This document shows positions 25,700 to 35,375 of a stretch of DNA of 64,000 bases, piece after piece. This DNA is from Candidatus Falkowbacteria bacterium (GTDB taxonomy: Bacteria > Patescibacteriota > Patescibacteriia > Patescibacteriales > GWE2-39-37). Both the position numbers and the translations under genes were made by a program. The notes below the pieces were generated by a model. It ran no database searches and was not told the origin of the DNA. It saw only the letters and a program-made list of their open reading frames with translations. Position 1 is the stretch's first letter. Each line of letters starts with the position of its first letter. Where the stretch lies: assembly GCA_013336275.1 (NCBI GenBank), contig JAAXUA010000002.1, forward strand, positions 127,904 to 191,903, read 5' to 3'.

Positions 25700-26803
25700 A
25701 TGGAATACCGCCTGCCGCTAAAAACCGCAGAAGTCATCGTTGCCATGGGTCCGGAGTCGGATGGCAATTTTTCAGTTTGCACGAATGGCAAGATATATCA
25801 TTCGGAGTCATTCGGCGACCTACTTGAAGAAAAAAATTTCCGCAGTTTCAAATCAGCCCTGCAGAAATACCTCAAGCGAGAGGGGCTTGTGCCGACAGTC
25901 GTCTTGACCGACCTGCACCCGGATTTCCTGACGACGATATACGGCAGGGAGCTGGCTAAGAAAAACAAGGCGCGACTGGCAACGGTCCAGCACCACTTGG
26001 CCCACGTCTTTTCGGCGGTGGGTGATCGGCTGATCGATGGGCAGACGCATCCGGATTCGTTCGTCGGTATTGCCGCTGACGGTACAGGCCTGGGCGATGA
26101 CGGGCTGATCTGGGGCGGGGAAATCTTTAAAATCAATATCTCTAAAAAACAGGCTTCAATCACGCGGATCGGCCATCTGGAGAATCAGACTCTGATCGGC
26201 GGCGACCTGGCCATCAGGGAACCGGCCCGTGTCTTGGTCAGTGTCCTGGGCAAGTTTCTTGGTCCAGCCGAAGTTTTTAGCCTGATCAAGCAATATTATC
26301 CTAAAAAGACATTCGATCTTCTTGTTGCCCAAGCATCACAGCGATTCAACTGCTATGAGACTTCAAGCACCGGCCGTATCCTCGATGCCGCCGCCGTCCT
26401 ATTGGGCTTTTCGCCCAACGAGCGGAAACGCAAGCATGGACCAATCGCCTGCCTGGAGGAGAATTCCTCGACGCCATATCTGCTCAAACCCGCCGTAACC
26501 GAAGACGATGGCATGCTCATATTGAAAACTACCGAGCTGTTCGCTTATCTGGCGGCTCGCCTGGATGGGGACAAGCGCCGCCTGGCCGCCACCGCGCAAA
26601 AGTATATCGCCGACGGCCTCGGTGAAATCGCCAAGACCGGACAGGCACCGATCTATTTTGCCGGCGGCATGGCTAATAACAAAATCATTTCTTCCGTCCT
26701 GGCCGACCAGGGCGCATATCTGAGTACGAAAATCCCGCGCGGGGACGCGGGAATAAGTTTCGGTCAGGTCATCTATTTTTTGCTAGCAGATTCTCGGGAT
26801 TAA
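25700..26803 (+). CDS. hypF: HypF-like carbamoyltransferase, C-terminal Kae1/TsaD-fold domain only
   Basis: LTDLHPDF....VQHHLAHVFSAVGD...DGTGLGDDGLIWGGEIF matches the HypF C-terminal domain. There are no acylphosphatase, Zn-finger or YrdC domains. It is divergent from hypE. Confidence 0.65.
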   Translation: MEYRLPLKTAEVIVAMGPESDGNFSVCTNGKIYHSESFGDLLEEKNFRSFKSALQKYLKREGLVPTVVLTDLHPDFLTTIYGRELAKKNKARLATVQHHLAHVFSAVGDRLIDGQTHPDSFVGIAADGTGLGDDGLIWGGEIFKINISKKQASITRIGHLENQTLIGGDLAIREPARVLVSVLGKFLGPAEVFSLIKQYYPKKTFDLLVAQASQRFNCYETSSTGRILDAAAVLLGFSPNERKRKHGPIACLEENSSTPYLLKPAVTEDDGMLILKTTELFAYLAARLDGDKRRLAATAQKYIADGLGEIAKTGQAPIYFAGGMANNKIISSVLADQGAYLSTKIPRGDAGISFGQVIYFLLADSRD

Positions 26804-27769
26804 TTTGCCTCTGGGCGTTTCGATCCTTTTTTCACTGCCGAGCGAGGTCTTGAGGAAAACACCGCGGCCTTTCTCGACGCGGCCGATCACTTTGGCTTCC
26901 TTGTTGAATTTCTTCAAGGGGGTCAGGACCTTGCCGGCATCGCGCTGGCTAACCGTCGCCACGAAGCGGCCTTCTGAAGGAAAAGAGAATTTATCGATGC
27001 CTAAAAGCTCGGACAAGGCGACGGCTTCTTTGCCGAAAGGCAGAGTGGCTTCGTCCAGGACGAATCGGGCTTTGGCCTTGTCAGCCATCTCGTTCAAGAC
27101 GGCGGCCACGCCGCCTCTGGTCGGGTCTTTGGCTGAAGTCAGATATTTGCCGACGCTCGCGAGTTCTTTGATGAACGGCCGGCAATCGCTTTTGATCTTG
27201 GTCCGGTAATCGAACCTCTTGGACAGCAGGGCGACGGTGTGGTCGCCCAGATTGCCCGAGGCGATGATCAGGTCGCCGACACGGGCGCCGGCGTTGTCGA
27301 TGACTTTGCTGGCCAAGCCGACACCGGCGGTCGTGATCTCGATCTTATCTAATTTGCCCCGTTCCGTAACCTTGGTGTCGCCGGTGACGATCGGCACGCC
27401 GGTCTGTTTCGAGACTTCGTTGATGGATTTGATGATGGTAATCAGGTCCTTTTCCGGAAAACCTTCCTCGATGATCAAGCTCAGAGAGATGCCGATCGGC
27501 GTAGCGCCCATGACGCATAGGTCGTTGATGGTGCCGCACATGGCGATCTTGCCGATATCGCCGCCAGGGAAGAATATCGGATCGACGATGAAACCGTCGG
27601 TAGTGAAGACCAGCTTCTTGCCGCCCAAGTCATATATGGCGCCGTCATCGCCGGTGTTCTTCCAGGCGCCTTTGACCGCCAGGGTCTTGCGGATGATGCT
27701 TATCAGCTGCGACGACTTTTCGCCGCCGCCGCCCTGGTCCAATTCGATAGTTTTGATATTTTCTGGCAT
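26783..27769 (-). CDS. hypE: Hydrogenase maturation protein HypE (AIR-synthase-related)
   Basis: The N-terminus MPENIKTIELDQGGGGEKSSQLI and the C-terminus ...IPRIC (terminal Cys) are HypE-like. The ORF track start at 28051 overlaps hypD; the ATG at 27769 is used here. Confidence 0.9.
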   Translation of the reverse strand: MPENIKTIELDQGGGGEKSSQLISIIRKTLAVKGAWKNTGDDGAIYDLGGKKLVFTTDGFIVDPIFFPGGDIGKIAMCGTINDLCVMGATPIGISLSLIIEEGFPEKDLITIIKSINEVSKQTGVPIVTGDTKVTERGKLDKIEITTAGVGLASKVIDNAGARVGDLIIASGNLGDHTVALLSKRFDYRTKIKSDCRPFIKELASVGKYLTSAKDPTRGGVAAVLNEMADKAKARFVLDEATLPFGKEAVALSELLGIDKFSFPSEGRFVATVSQRDAGKVLTPLKKFNKEAKVIGRVEKGRGVFLKTSLGSEKRIETPRGKLIPRIC

Positions 27770-27774
27770 ATTTT

Positions 27775-28812
27775 TTATTGATTGAAGCGGAAGCGGATAT
27801 TGCACGCCCCCTCGACCGAAACCATGCAAGCGCCGTAGGGCTGGTCCGGATTGCAGGCCTTGCCGAACAGGGCACAGTCCGTCGGCTCGATCAGTCCCTG
27901 GAGCACCAGGCCGCATTTGCAGGCAGTCGGTTTGGCTGGTCGGTGTCTGACTTCGCTGACAATTTTTTTGTATATCTGCGAAGCGTCTCGATCCTTGAAG
28001 GCTGGCCGGATCTCGAGCCCGCTGCCGGGTATCAGCCCTAGACCGCGCCACCGGGCATCGGTCACTTGGAAAACTTCGTCGCTGATATCACGGGCGCGTT
28101 TGTTGCCCTCAGCTCGTACTACTCGGGTGTATTCATTTTCAACTCGCGGCTCTTTGGCCAAGATCTGGCTGAGTAGCATGTCGATGGCTTTGAGCACGTC
28201 CACGGCCGAGAAGCCGGCGATTACCTGAGGAACTTTGAATTGGCTGTATACTGCGGTGCCGATGATGGCGCTGACGTGACCAGGGTCGATGAAACCGTCG
28301 AGGCGATTATCTTTGTTGGCCAACAGAGCGGCCATGGCTGGTGGGAAAAGCTTGTGGGCCGAATAGACGGTCAGGCCCTTTTTAATGGCCCAGGCGGTCA
28401 TGGGAGTAGTAGTTTCGAAGCCGAGCCCGAAAAATACCAGCCTTGGCTTGGACTTGGACAGCTCCAGGGCCTGTGTCGTGTCGTAGACGATATTGACGTC
28501 AGCCCCGCGCCGTCGGGCCTCCTCAAGGCTCATGACGTTGCCAGGCACGCGCAGGGTGTCGCCGTAAATGGCTACCGGGACATCGTTGAGGGCAAGCTCG
28601 ACCATGACGTCGATATCTGATTGGTCGGTGACGCAGACTGGGCAGCCGGGTCCGGTGACCAAAGAGACATTGGCCGGCAAAAGTTTCTTGAGGCCGTGTA
28701 TCGCGATTGATTGGGAGTGCGTACCGCAGAGTTCCATCAGCTTGACGGGCCGATCGAGTTTCTGCGCCTTGGCGGCGATGCTGGAGATGATTTGCTGCGG
28801 ATTCTGGCTCAT
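27775..28812 (-). CDS. hypD: Hydrogenase maturation protein HypD
   Basis: ELCGTHSQ (CGxH) and GPGCPVCV motifs are present; the protein is 345 aa. Confidence 0.9.
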   Translation of the reverse strand: MSQNPQQIISSIAAKAQKLDRPVKLMELCGTHSQSIAIHGLKKLLPANVSLVTGPGCPVCVTDQSDIDVMVELALNDVPVAIYGDTLRVPGNVMSLEEARRRGADVNIVYDTTQALELSKSKPRLVFFGLGFETTTPMTAWAIKKGLTVYSAHKLFPPAMAALLANKDNRLDGFIDPGHVSAIIGTAVYSQFKVPQVIAGFSAVDVLKAIDMLLSQILAKEPRVENEYTRVVRAEGNKRARDISDEVFQVTDARWRGLGLIPGSGLEIRPAFKDRDASQIYKKIVSEVRHRPAKPTACKCGLVLQGLIEPTDCALFGKACNPDQPYGACMVSVEGACNIRFRFNQ

Positions 28813-29009
28813 TGGTTCAGGAATTGATAAGCTTCTTTGGCCGATTTCTCATCGGTCTTCTCGATAGCGAAGCCTGCGTGAACCACGACATATTCGCCGA
28901 CCGCGGCTTTTATCAAGGAAACATTGATTTCCTTTTGGATGCCATTGAAATCGGCCAAGGCGATTTCGCCGGTGACTTCGAGTATTTTACCGGGAACAGC
29001 TAAACACAT
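28809..29009 (-). CDS. hypC: Hydrogenase maturation protein HypC/HupF
   Basis: MCLAVPGKILEV is the N-terminus. The protein is 66 aa and its stop overlaps the hypD start. Confidence 0.85.
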   Translation of the reverse strand: MCLAVPGKILEVTGEIALADFNGIQKEINVSLIKAAVGEYVVVHAGFAIEKTDEKSAKEAYQFLNQ

Positions 29010-29201
29010 AGGGTAAGAAAATTATTATTCCTGTATTGTACTGGAAAAAGGCAAAAATAGCTAATTTGCAAATGCTTACGTTGCCCTTTCCGGGAGCTGG
29101 GGAATCCGCGATTTTGCTGCTATGATTATAGTATTGATGGGGCGTTAATCTTTGTCTGAGAAAGTATCGGCAGAGTTGAAGATTATTAAATCGGCAATCA
29201 T

Positions 29202-29504
29202 ATGAAGGGTTTGCGTTATGAAATAAAGGCTGAAGTCTGGTTGTATCAAGGAGCGGGCAGCTGGTATTTCGTCTCAGTGCCGCCAGCCATCTCTAATGAG
29301 ATCAGGGAACTGTTCGGTAGCATGAGCCGCGGTTGGGGCTCTTTGCCGGTCAATGCCACGATCGGCAAGACGGTTTGGCGGACTTCGATTTTCCCTGACA
29401 AGAAGAAAGGGACCTACATCTTGCCGCTCAAGGCAGAAATCAGAAAAAAGGAAGGTATCGAGGCCGGGGATGAGCTGGTCCTAGCTCTGGAAATCATGAT
29501 CTGA
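29202..29504 (+). CDS. DUF1905 family protein
   Basis: VWLYQGAGSWYFVSVP...GTYILPLKAEIRKKEGIEAGDELVLALEI follows the DUF1905 pattern. Confidence 0.55.
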   Translation: MKGLRYEIKAEVWLYQGAGSWYFVSVPPAISNEIRELFGSMSRGWGSLPVNATIGKTVWRTSIFPDKKKGTYILPLKAEIRKKEGIEAGDELVLALEIMI

Positions 29505-29667
29505 CTGCTAATATCAAACGAATAATAAAGAAGGGTCACAGCCACAATGGCTGAGGCGCTTTTTTTTGTTTATTTTTAGCTAAATTTGTTCATCTCCTGG
29601 GCATTGACAAAACATTGGATTCGTGATATATTATTATGATTTTTTAAGTAACGTTAGCAAATCACCA

Positions 29668-32535
29668 ATGAGGCTTTGGAAAAGCAAGGTTATCGTAATA
29701 ACGGCGACATTGATCTTTGCCGCCAGCGTGATTATCCAGGTTGTTCTCAGTTTGGATGATTTTTTTGCGTCCAAAAAAGACGCCGGACCGGCCAAGGCTG
29801 GCGATGTTGGCCAAGTGCCGATCATTTCGGTCGATTTTTCCAAGGATTCGGGCACGATCAGCGACAAGATTTTCGGCGAGGGGGTCGAGATGCCTTTTCT
29901 GGATAACATTTGGGACAAGAATGCTGGCTTCGATCAGAACACCCTGAACGTGGCCAAGGCCATCAAATTTACCAATCTCCGTTTCGGCGGCGCCACTTGC
30001 CGCACCTATAACTGGAAGAACGAAGCCATGACGGGTTATCGGCCATATCAGAAAATCTATTGGGAAGGTATCGATCAGTGGTATCAGTACGCTAAACTGC
30101 TCGAGTTGCCGGCCCCGACTATTTGCACGAATATCCATCTGACTCCCCAGGATTCGGCCGATTGGGTCAGGTATGCCAATATCGAAAAAGGCTATGACAT
30201 CATCAACTGGGAGATGGGCAACGAAGAGTACCTGGCCTATACGAGCGTCGATGATTATCTGCGCGATGCCCGGGCTCACTGCGCTGCCATGAAGGCGGTC
30301 GACGGCAGGGTCAAGTGCGGCGTGGTCGGCGACGAGAAGGCTGTCAGCTGGACCAACGCCCAGCTGCTTTCGAAATTGAAGCCTGGCGAATTCGATTTTT
30401 TCGTAGCGCACTTCTACGAGCCGGAAAGTTATTATAATTACTACTCGCTGTACATGAACAGCGACAAATACGAGAAGAAGGTCAACCTCAAGGCCGGCAA
30501 ATACCGTTTCACCTTCTACGCCATAGGCGACCAAGCCCCGGAAAACAGCGATCCTGTTCCGACCATGCAGGTCTGTTTCGACAAGGACTGCTCCTGGACC
30601 GATGTCGCCAACACCGAACGGGGCAAGTGGGTAAAGTATTCAAGCAGGGAACATGAGGTAAAAGCCGGAGCACACACCATAACCTTCCGTTTGGCCGATG
30701 ATTATTACGGCTGGACCAGCCGCCAGGACAAGAACATCTTCGCGGCCAATATCAGCTTGGTCAATAATTTTTCCGACGAGACCAAGCTCGATTTCGTCGA
30801 TACCAAAGCCTGGACCTATTCTTTCCTTGCCTCCAATCTTTCGACTGAAGACTCGATCAAGGGCATCAGGACATTGATGGACAAATACAAGGTCCAGATG
30901 CCTATTTTCATCACCGAATACGGTTGGAGCTACGGCGTCGAGGCCTATCCGAACTGGGGGCAGCAATACGATTGGCGCTCCACCTTGTTCGATGTCTTGC
31001 ATATCCAGTCATTGATCAAAGAGGCCATTCCTCAGGCCAATATCTGGAAAGACTTGTCGACCGGCTATTGGAAGTATTTTTCCGATGATATCAAGGGCCA
31101 GAACTATTGGCCGATCTTCTCGGTCTTCAAGCTGCTGTCGGAAAAGACCGGTAATGTCTTGGTCGAAACTAAGATCGAGAACGTGCCGACCTACAATGCC
31201 CAGAAATTCCAGACCGAGGCGCGCGAGAATATCCCGTATTTATCTATAATTTCCAGCAAGAACGGAACCAAAAATTATATCAATGTGGTCAACCGGAGCC
31301 AGGACAGCGCCATCTTGGCCACGATCAGGACCAATATCGACTATACCACCGTCAAGGTTTCGGAAATTGCTCCGTCTTCGATGGAGGCTCATCCTTATCG
31401 CGACGACGGGTATAAGGAAAATATCACGACTCAGGACAAGACGTTGTCCGTGAGCGGCGATTTCAATTACAGTTTCAAGCCGTTCTCTGTGACCACTTTC
31501 GAATTCAATGTCACGGCTCCGCTGATTTCCGGCGGCTATCCGGCCAGCATCTTGCCGGCGACGGCTGACCATGCGACGTTGCGGGTAAATACTGACAAGC
31601 CGGCCAGCTGCCGCTACAGCCTCAAACCGAACGAGAGTTATCCTGCCATGGAGCGGCAGCCTTTCGTCACGGCTAATGGCGTGACCCATACGGTCACCGT
31701 GCCAGGTTTGAAGCCGGGCAAGTCTTATGAGTATTTCGTCAAATGCCAGAACGGCGGCGGCGCTTCCAACACTTCCGATTATCATATCAGATTCAGCATC
31801 GCTGCTCCGGCCAACCCGACAAGCTGCATCCTGTCTCCGGATGGAGGCAATCATTTCCGCGGCCGGAACGTCACTATAAATTGCGGGCAGAACGTCGTGG
31901 CCGCCAGCTATCAATGGGACCAGGGACCGGTGATCGAATTCAAGAACAGCACCTCGACCTGGTTTGCCGCGGACAAGAAAAGGACCCTAAACCTCAAATA
32001 CCGCTACCGCCCCAATTCTCAAGGATCGGCGGCAGAAAAACAAGTCAAAATCGCCAAAGCTTTTGACGCGAACCAGAGGTTCTGTAACATTTCTCCTGGA
32101 GGCGGCATCTTCACCCGCGAGGTCAATGTCTTCATCGAGTGTGGCAAGAACGTTAAGCGCAGCACTTGGCGCTGGGGCAACGGCCCGGTCTATAACTTCA
32201 GCCCGTCCACCGATGTGAAATTTGCCGGTGATTTTTCAAAGAGCCTGATCATCTCTTTCGCTTACGATCAGGCCAATGGCAAAGGAGTGGAGGAGAAGAT
32301 CGTCAGATTTTCCAAGAATTTCCAAGTGCCTCAGTGCGTCGATTCCGATAGCGGCAAGAACCAATTCCAGCGAGGCTCGCTGCTTTACACCGGTCAGACT
32401 ATCAAGCGCAGTTACGCTGACACCTGCAACGGCAGCGCCTTAACCGAGTATTATTGCAAAGGCGGGTTGATGGGCTTTGTCAGGATCCAGTGTCCGGACG
32501 GCTGTGCCAACGGGGCCTGTATTTCCAAAAAGTAG
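29668..32535 (+). CDS. Secreted clan GH-A glycoside hydrolase with FN3-like and repeated Cys-containing C-terminal domains
   Basis: The signal anchor is MRLWKSKVIVITATLIFAASVII. INWEMGNEEY contains the acid/base Glu of the GH-A NEP motif, and PIFITEYGWS contains the nucleophile Glu. Repeated domains at the C-terminus include CILSPDGGNHFRGRNVTINCGQN and CNISPGGGIFTREVNVFIECGKN. Confidence 0.7.
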   Translation: MRLWKSKVIVITATLIFAASVIIQVVLSLDDFFASKKDAGPAKAGDVGQVPIISVDFSKDSGTISDKIFGEGVEMPFLDNIWDKNAGFDQNTLNVAKAIKFTNLRFGGATCRTYNWKNEAMTGYRPYQKIYWEGIDQWYQYAKLLELPAPTICTNIHLTPQDSADWVRYANIEKGYDIINWEMGNEEYLAYTSVDDYLRDARAHCAAMKAVDGRVKCGVVGDEKAVSWTNAQLLSKLKPGEFDFFVAHFYEPESYYNYYSLYMNSDKYEKKVNLKAGKYRFTFYAIGDQAPENSDPVPTMQVCFDKDCSWTDVANTERGKWVKYSSREHEVKAGAHTITFRLADDYYGWTSRQDKNIFAANISLVNNFSDETKLDFVDTKAWTYSFLASNLSTEDSIKGIRTLMDKYKVQMPIFITEYGWSYGVEAYPNWGQQYDWRSTLFDVLHIQSLIKEAIPQANIWKDLSTGYWKYFSDDIKGQNYWPIFSVFKLLSEKTGNVLVETKIENVPTYNAQKFQTEARENIPYLSIISSKNGTKNYINVVNRSQDSAILATIRTNIDYTTVKVSEIAPSSMEAHPYRDDGYKENITTQDKTLSVSGDFNYSFKPFSVTTFEFNVTAPLISGGYPASILPATADHATLRVNTDKPASCRYSLKPNESYPAMERQPFVTANGVTHTVTVPGLKPGKSYEYFVKCQNGGGASNTSDYHIRFSIAAPANPTSCILSPDGGNHFRGRNVTINCGQNVVAASYQWDQGPVIEFKNSTSTWFAADKKRTLNLKYRYRPNSQGSAAEKQVKIAKAFDANQRFCNISPGGGIFTREVNVFIECGKNVKRSTWRWGNGPVYNFSPSTDVKFAGDFSKSLIISFAYDQANGKGVEEKIVRFSKNFQVPQCVDSDSGKNQFQRGSLLYTGQTIKRSYADTCNGSALTEYYCKGGLMGFVRIQCPDGCANGACISKK

Positions 32536-32654
32536 CTTGATAATATGGAAAAGGCTCCGACTAGGGGCCTTTTTTTGTTTGCGGCTTATGTGCTAAAATA
32601 GAATCAGCCCTTGGATAAAGAAAACCATGGGCGGATATAATTCAAACCAACTAT

Positions 32655-33167
32655 ATGTTCGGCAAAAAAAAGACACCAAGCGAGCTTTATTTGAGAATTT
32701 TGGATAATTTCCCCAATCCGATCTGGCGGGCCGGCACTGATGCCAAGTGTAATTTCTTCAACAAGGCCTGGCTTCAATTTACCGGACGCACCATGGACCA
32801 GGAAATGGGCGATGGTTGGGTCGAGGGCGTGCATCCGGACGAGCTCCAGGCTTGCGTAGCTGACTATCTCGAAGCCTTCAATGCCCGCCGATCTTTCAAG
32901 CTCGAGTACCGGCTGAAGCATGCTGACGGAACCTATCACTGGCTTTTGGATTTCGGCAGCCCATTCTTCGATGACGACGGCACATTTTTGGGCTACATCG
33001 GCTCCTGCTATGATGAGAACGAACTCAAGCTCAGCGTTGAAAAGACCAACAAGGATAACGCCGAGCTGGAAGAGTTGAACATCATGATGTCGGGACGTGA
33101 AAAGAAAATGATTGAACTCAAAGAGGAGATCGAGCGGCTGAAAAAGAAGTACGGCGAAGAACGATAA
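32655..33167 (+). CDS. Stand-alone PAS domain protein with C-terminal coiled coil
   Basis: The PAS fold spans FPNPIWRAGTDAKCNFFNKAWLQFTGR...YRLKHADGTYHWLLDFGSPFFDDDGTFLGYIGSCYD and is followed by a charged helical tail. Confidence 0.75.
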   Translation: MFGKKKTPSELYLRILDNFPNPIWRAGTDAKCNFFNKAWLQFTGRTMDQEMGDGWVEGVHPDELQACVADYLEAFNARRSFKLEYRLKHADGTYHWLLDFGSPFFDDDGTFLGYIGSCYDENELKLSVEKTNKDNAELEELNIMMSGREKKMIELKEEIERLKKKYGEER

Positions 33168-33175
33168 TCATACCT

Positions 33176-33210
33176 ATAACAAAACAAGCTCCGAAAGGAG
33201 CTTGTTTTGT
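33176..33210. terminator. Bidirectional Rho-independent terminator
   Basis: The hairpin aacaagctcc-gaaa-ggagcttgtt is flanked by AAAA and TTTT, between the convergent PAS gene and greA. Confidence 0.7.
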
Positions 33211-33220
33211 TATATGAGGC

Positions 33221-33664
33221 TTATTCGATTCTTACAATCTTATATTCGACGTTCTTGCTGGCGGTGATTACGCGCTTGACCTCGCCGACCGAGCCGCCGA
33301 GCAGGGCACGGCCGACTGGGGAGTTGCGGGAGATGACGTCGGAGAACGGGTCGGTTTCGGAAGAGCCCAGGATCAGGAAGGTCTTCTCTTTGCCATTGAC
33401 CTCGACCGTGACTTTACTGCCCAGCTCAACTAGCCCGGTCTTAGGTCCAGGCTTGATGATGACCGCCTGCTTGAGGTGCTCTTCCATGTCTATGACTCGC
33501 TGGTTGATACCGCGCAAGCGGCCCTTGGCCATGCTGTAGGCGGCGTTATCTGAAAAATCGCCCATCTCGGCCAACCTCTTGACTTCGGCCGCTGCCCGCG
33601 GGTGGCTGACTTTTTTCAGGCGTTCCAGCTTGGCTTTGAGCTCGTTGAACTTATCCTCTGTCAT
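33221..33664 (-). CDS. greA: Transcription elongation factor GreA
   Basis: MTEDKFNELKAKLERLKK...GDFSDNAAY...FLILGSSETDPF..ISRNSPVGRALLG is GreA-like. The ORF track extends further upstream to 33826, but the start at 33664 fits GreA alignment. Confidence 0.9.
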   Translation of the reverse strand: MTEDKFNELKAKLERLKKVSHPRAAAEVKRLAEMGDFSDNAAYSMAKGRLRGINQRVIDMEEHLKQAVIIKPGPKTGLVELGSKVTVEVNGKEKTFLILGSSETDPFSDVISRNSPVGRALLGGSVGEVKRVITASKNVEYKIVRIE

Positions 33665-33827
33665 GTGAGGATCGGGCTTCAAGTGGGTGTATTTCCCGGG
33701 TTTTCTGACTGGTACTTGCATAAGCTTATTATATTGGCTCAGATGGGTAATGGCAAGGATAAAAAAAGAGGGAAGACCCGAAACGTTATCGTTTCCAGTC
33801 TTCCCTCGGTCAGGCGGGTTGCGCAAT

Positions 33828-35147
33828 TCAGTCGGCCAGACGTTCGATCCGGTCGTCGCTCATGACGGCGGTCATGATAATGCCCTGGGTTTCAGGGGAG
33901 AACTTTTCCAAGTTCATCATCATGAAGATTTCGGCCGGCATGCCGTTGACGATGGTCGCGTCGATCGTTTTTTCGGTGCAGATGCGGCGCAGTTCGGTTT
34001 CGAGCTGCTGGAGCTTTTCTTCCTCGCTGCCTTCGGTGATGTTGGTCATCTTCGGCTGGCGGAGGTGGCCGGTTTCCAGGGCATCCATGCCCAGGGATTC
34101 GCGGATCATGACCGCTTTAAGGTCGGGGCACGAAGGCAGTCCCGGGCATTCAAGGCACTTGGAAGAGTCAGTGTCTTCGCCGTCTTCCATGAGGTCGTGG
34201 ATGGAGCCGAACGGCATGCCTGGCATGCCGGCAAGCGCACCCATCATCTCCAGGGAGGTTCCGTCGAAGTCATCATCCATGATGCTGTGCAGCAGGCTGC
34301 CTAGGAGGCCGCCGATCATGGAGCCATGACCGGGTTTTTCCTCACGGAGCAGCTGCTCGAGCTTGGCCCGGAGCCGGAAATTGAGATCAAGTCCGGTCTC
34401 ATCGGCGATGTCCAGGATTTTCTGGGCCACGTCTTTGCCGCCGAAGTGGGACGACCTGATGGATTCGGCGATTCGGCCGGCCTGCCAGGTGTTGGCGAGG
34501 CCGTTGTCTTCGAGGAAGGCCAGGAGGAAACGGTGTTTCGCGGTCTGGAGGGTGAAGGCGTCGGCGATCTCGGTGGCCGAAATCACGTCGTGCTTAACCT
34601 TGGGTATAGCCAAGCTGATGATGAGGTCTTCGGCGATACGGGAATCGGTGCCGTCTTTCGAGCTGTCATCGACGATTTCGGCGAGCATCTTGATGCTGGT
34701 GGGCGTCATGGTGCGGCCGGATTGGGCTGCCAGTTCTTCGCCGCGGCTGCGGAGAAGGTCTCGGACGCGGGCGGCGTCCTCGTTGGCGTTTCCGCTTTTG
34801 ATACCTTTGCAGACGTGGTTCAGGAGCAGGATGATGCTCCGCAGGTCACGGGTACGAGCGGCGTAGCTCTCGATCAGGCGGGACCGGATGTGTCCCATGG
34901 TGATTGTCTCGAACATCTCGATGAGATCATCGATCCCGTGGACCAACAGCATGGTCTTGGCGACGTAGCAGTCGGTCAGTTCACGGAACCATTTTTCGAC
35001 GAAGATATTCGACACTTTGAGCTGCATGCACTCCTGGATGAAGCCGTGGATGGCCAAGGGGGCGACCTTGAGACGGAAGAGGTTTAAGCTTCGGATCTGT
35101 TTCTCAAGGGCCTTCTTCTTCCGGTACATCTTGAGCGTTTTCATCAT
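33828..35147 (-). CDS. Hypothetical protein (439 aa, acidic and helical)
   Basis: It is a long ORF with an RBS (GGAGAAAAACGCC-ATG) directly upstream of greA on the same strand. No family was recognized, and the overlapping + strand ORFs are shorter fragments. Confidence 0.55.
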   Translation of the reverse strand: MMKTLKMYRKKKALEKQIRSLNLFRLKVAPLAIHGFIQECMQLKVSNIFVEKWFRELTDCYVAKTMLLVHGIDDLIEMFETITMGHIRSRLIESYAARTRDLRSIILLLNHVCKGIKSGNANEDAARVRDLLRSRGEELAAQSGRTMTPTSIKMLAEIVDDSSKDGTDSRIAEDLIISLAIPKVKHDVISATEIADAFTLQTAKHRFLLAFLEDNGLANTWQAGRIAESIRSSHFGGKDVAQKILDIADETGLDLNFRLRAKLEQLLREEKPGHGSMIGGLLGSLLHSIMDDDFDGTSLEMMGALAGMPGMPFGSIHDLMEDGEDTDSSKCLECPGLPSCPDLKAVMIRESLGMDALETGHLRQPKMTNITEGSEEEKLQQLETELRRICTEKTIDATIVNGMPAEIFMMMNLEKFSPETQGIIMTAVMSDDRIERLAD

Positions 35148-35375
35148 GGCGTTTTTCTCCTCTTGGGGGTTGGACTTCTTGGGGTTGGCAGAAAGCTGAC
35201 AGGGCTGAATTGTGCAATTTTCAAAAAAACAATATTTTATATTAGCATATTTTGCCTAATTTGTCAACATATTTATTGCCCCGGGCCAGAACAAACGGCC
35301 CCTTGTCGGGTTATTTTGGCTAAGGTTATCACAGGAAAAATGATGTAACAAAAGGCGGTTCAAGGGGTAATATAT

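Noticed and set aside
25700-26803. Alternative call of this gene as TsaD/Kae1 (tRNA t6A synthesis).
   Set aside because: The segment LHPDF...VQHHLAH...IWGGE and the divergent arrangement with hypCDE fit the HypF C-terminal domain better than TsaD, which has HMEGH/HxxGH metal motifs. This remains checkable by HMM.
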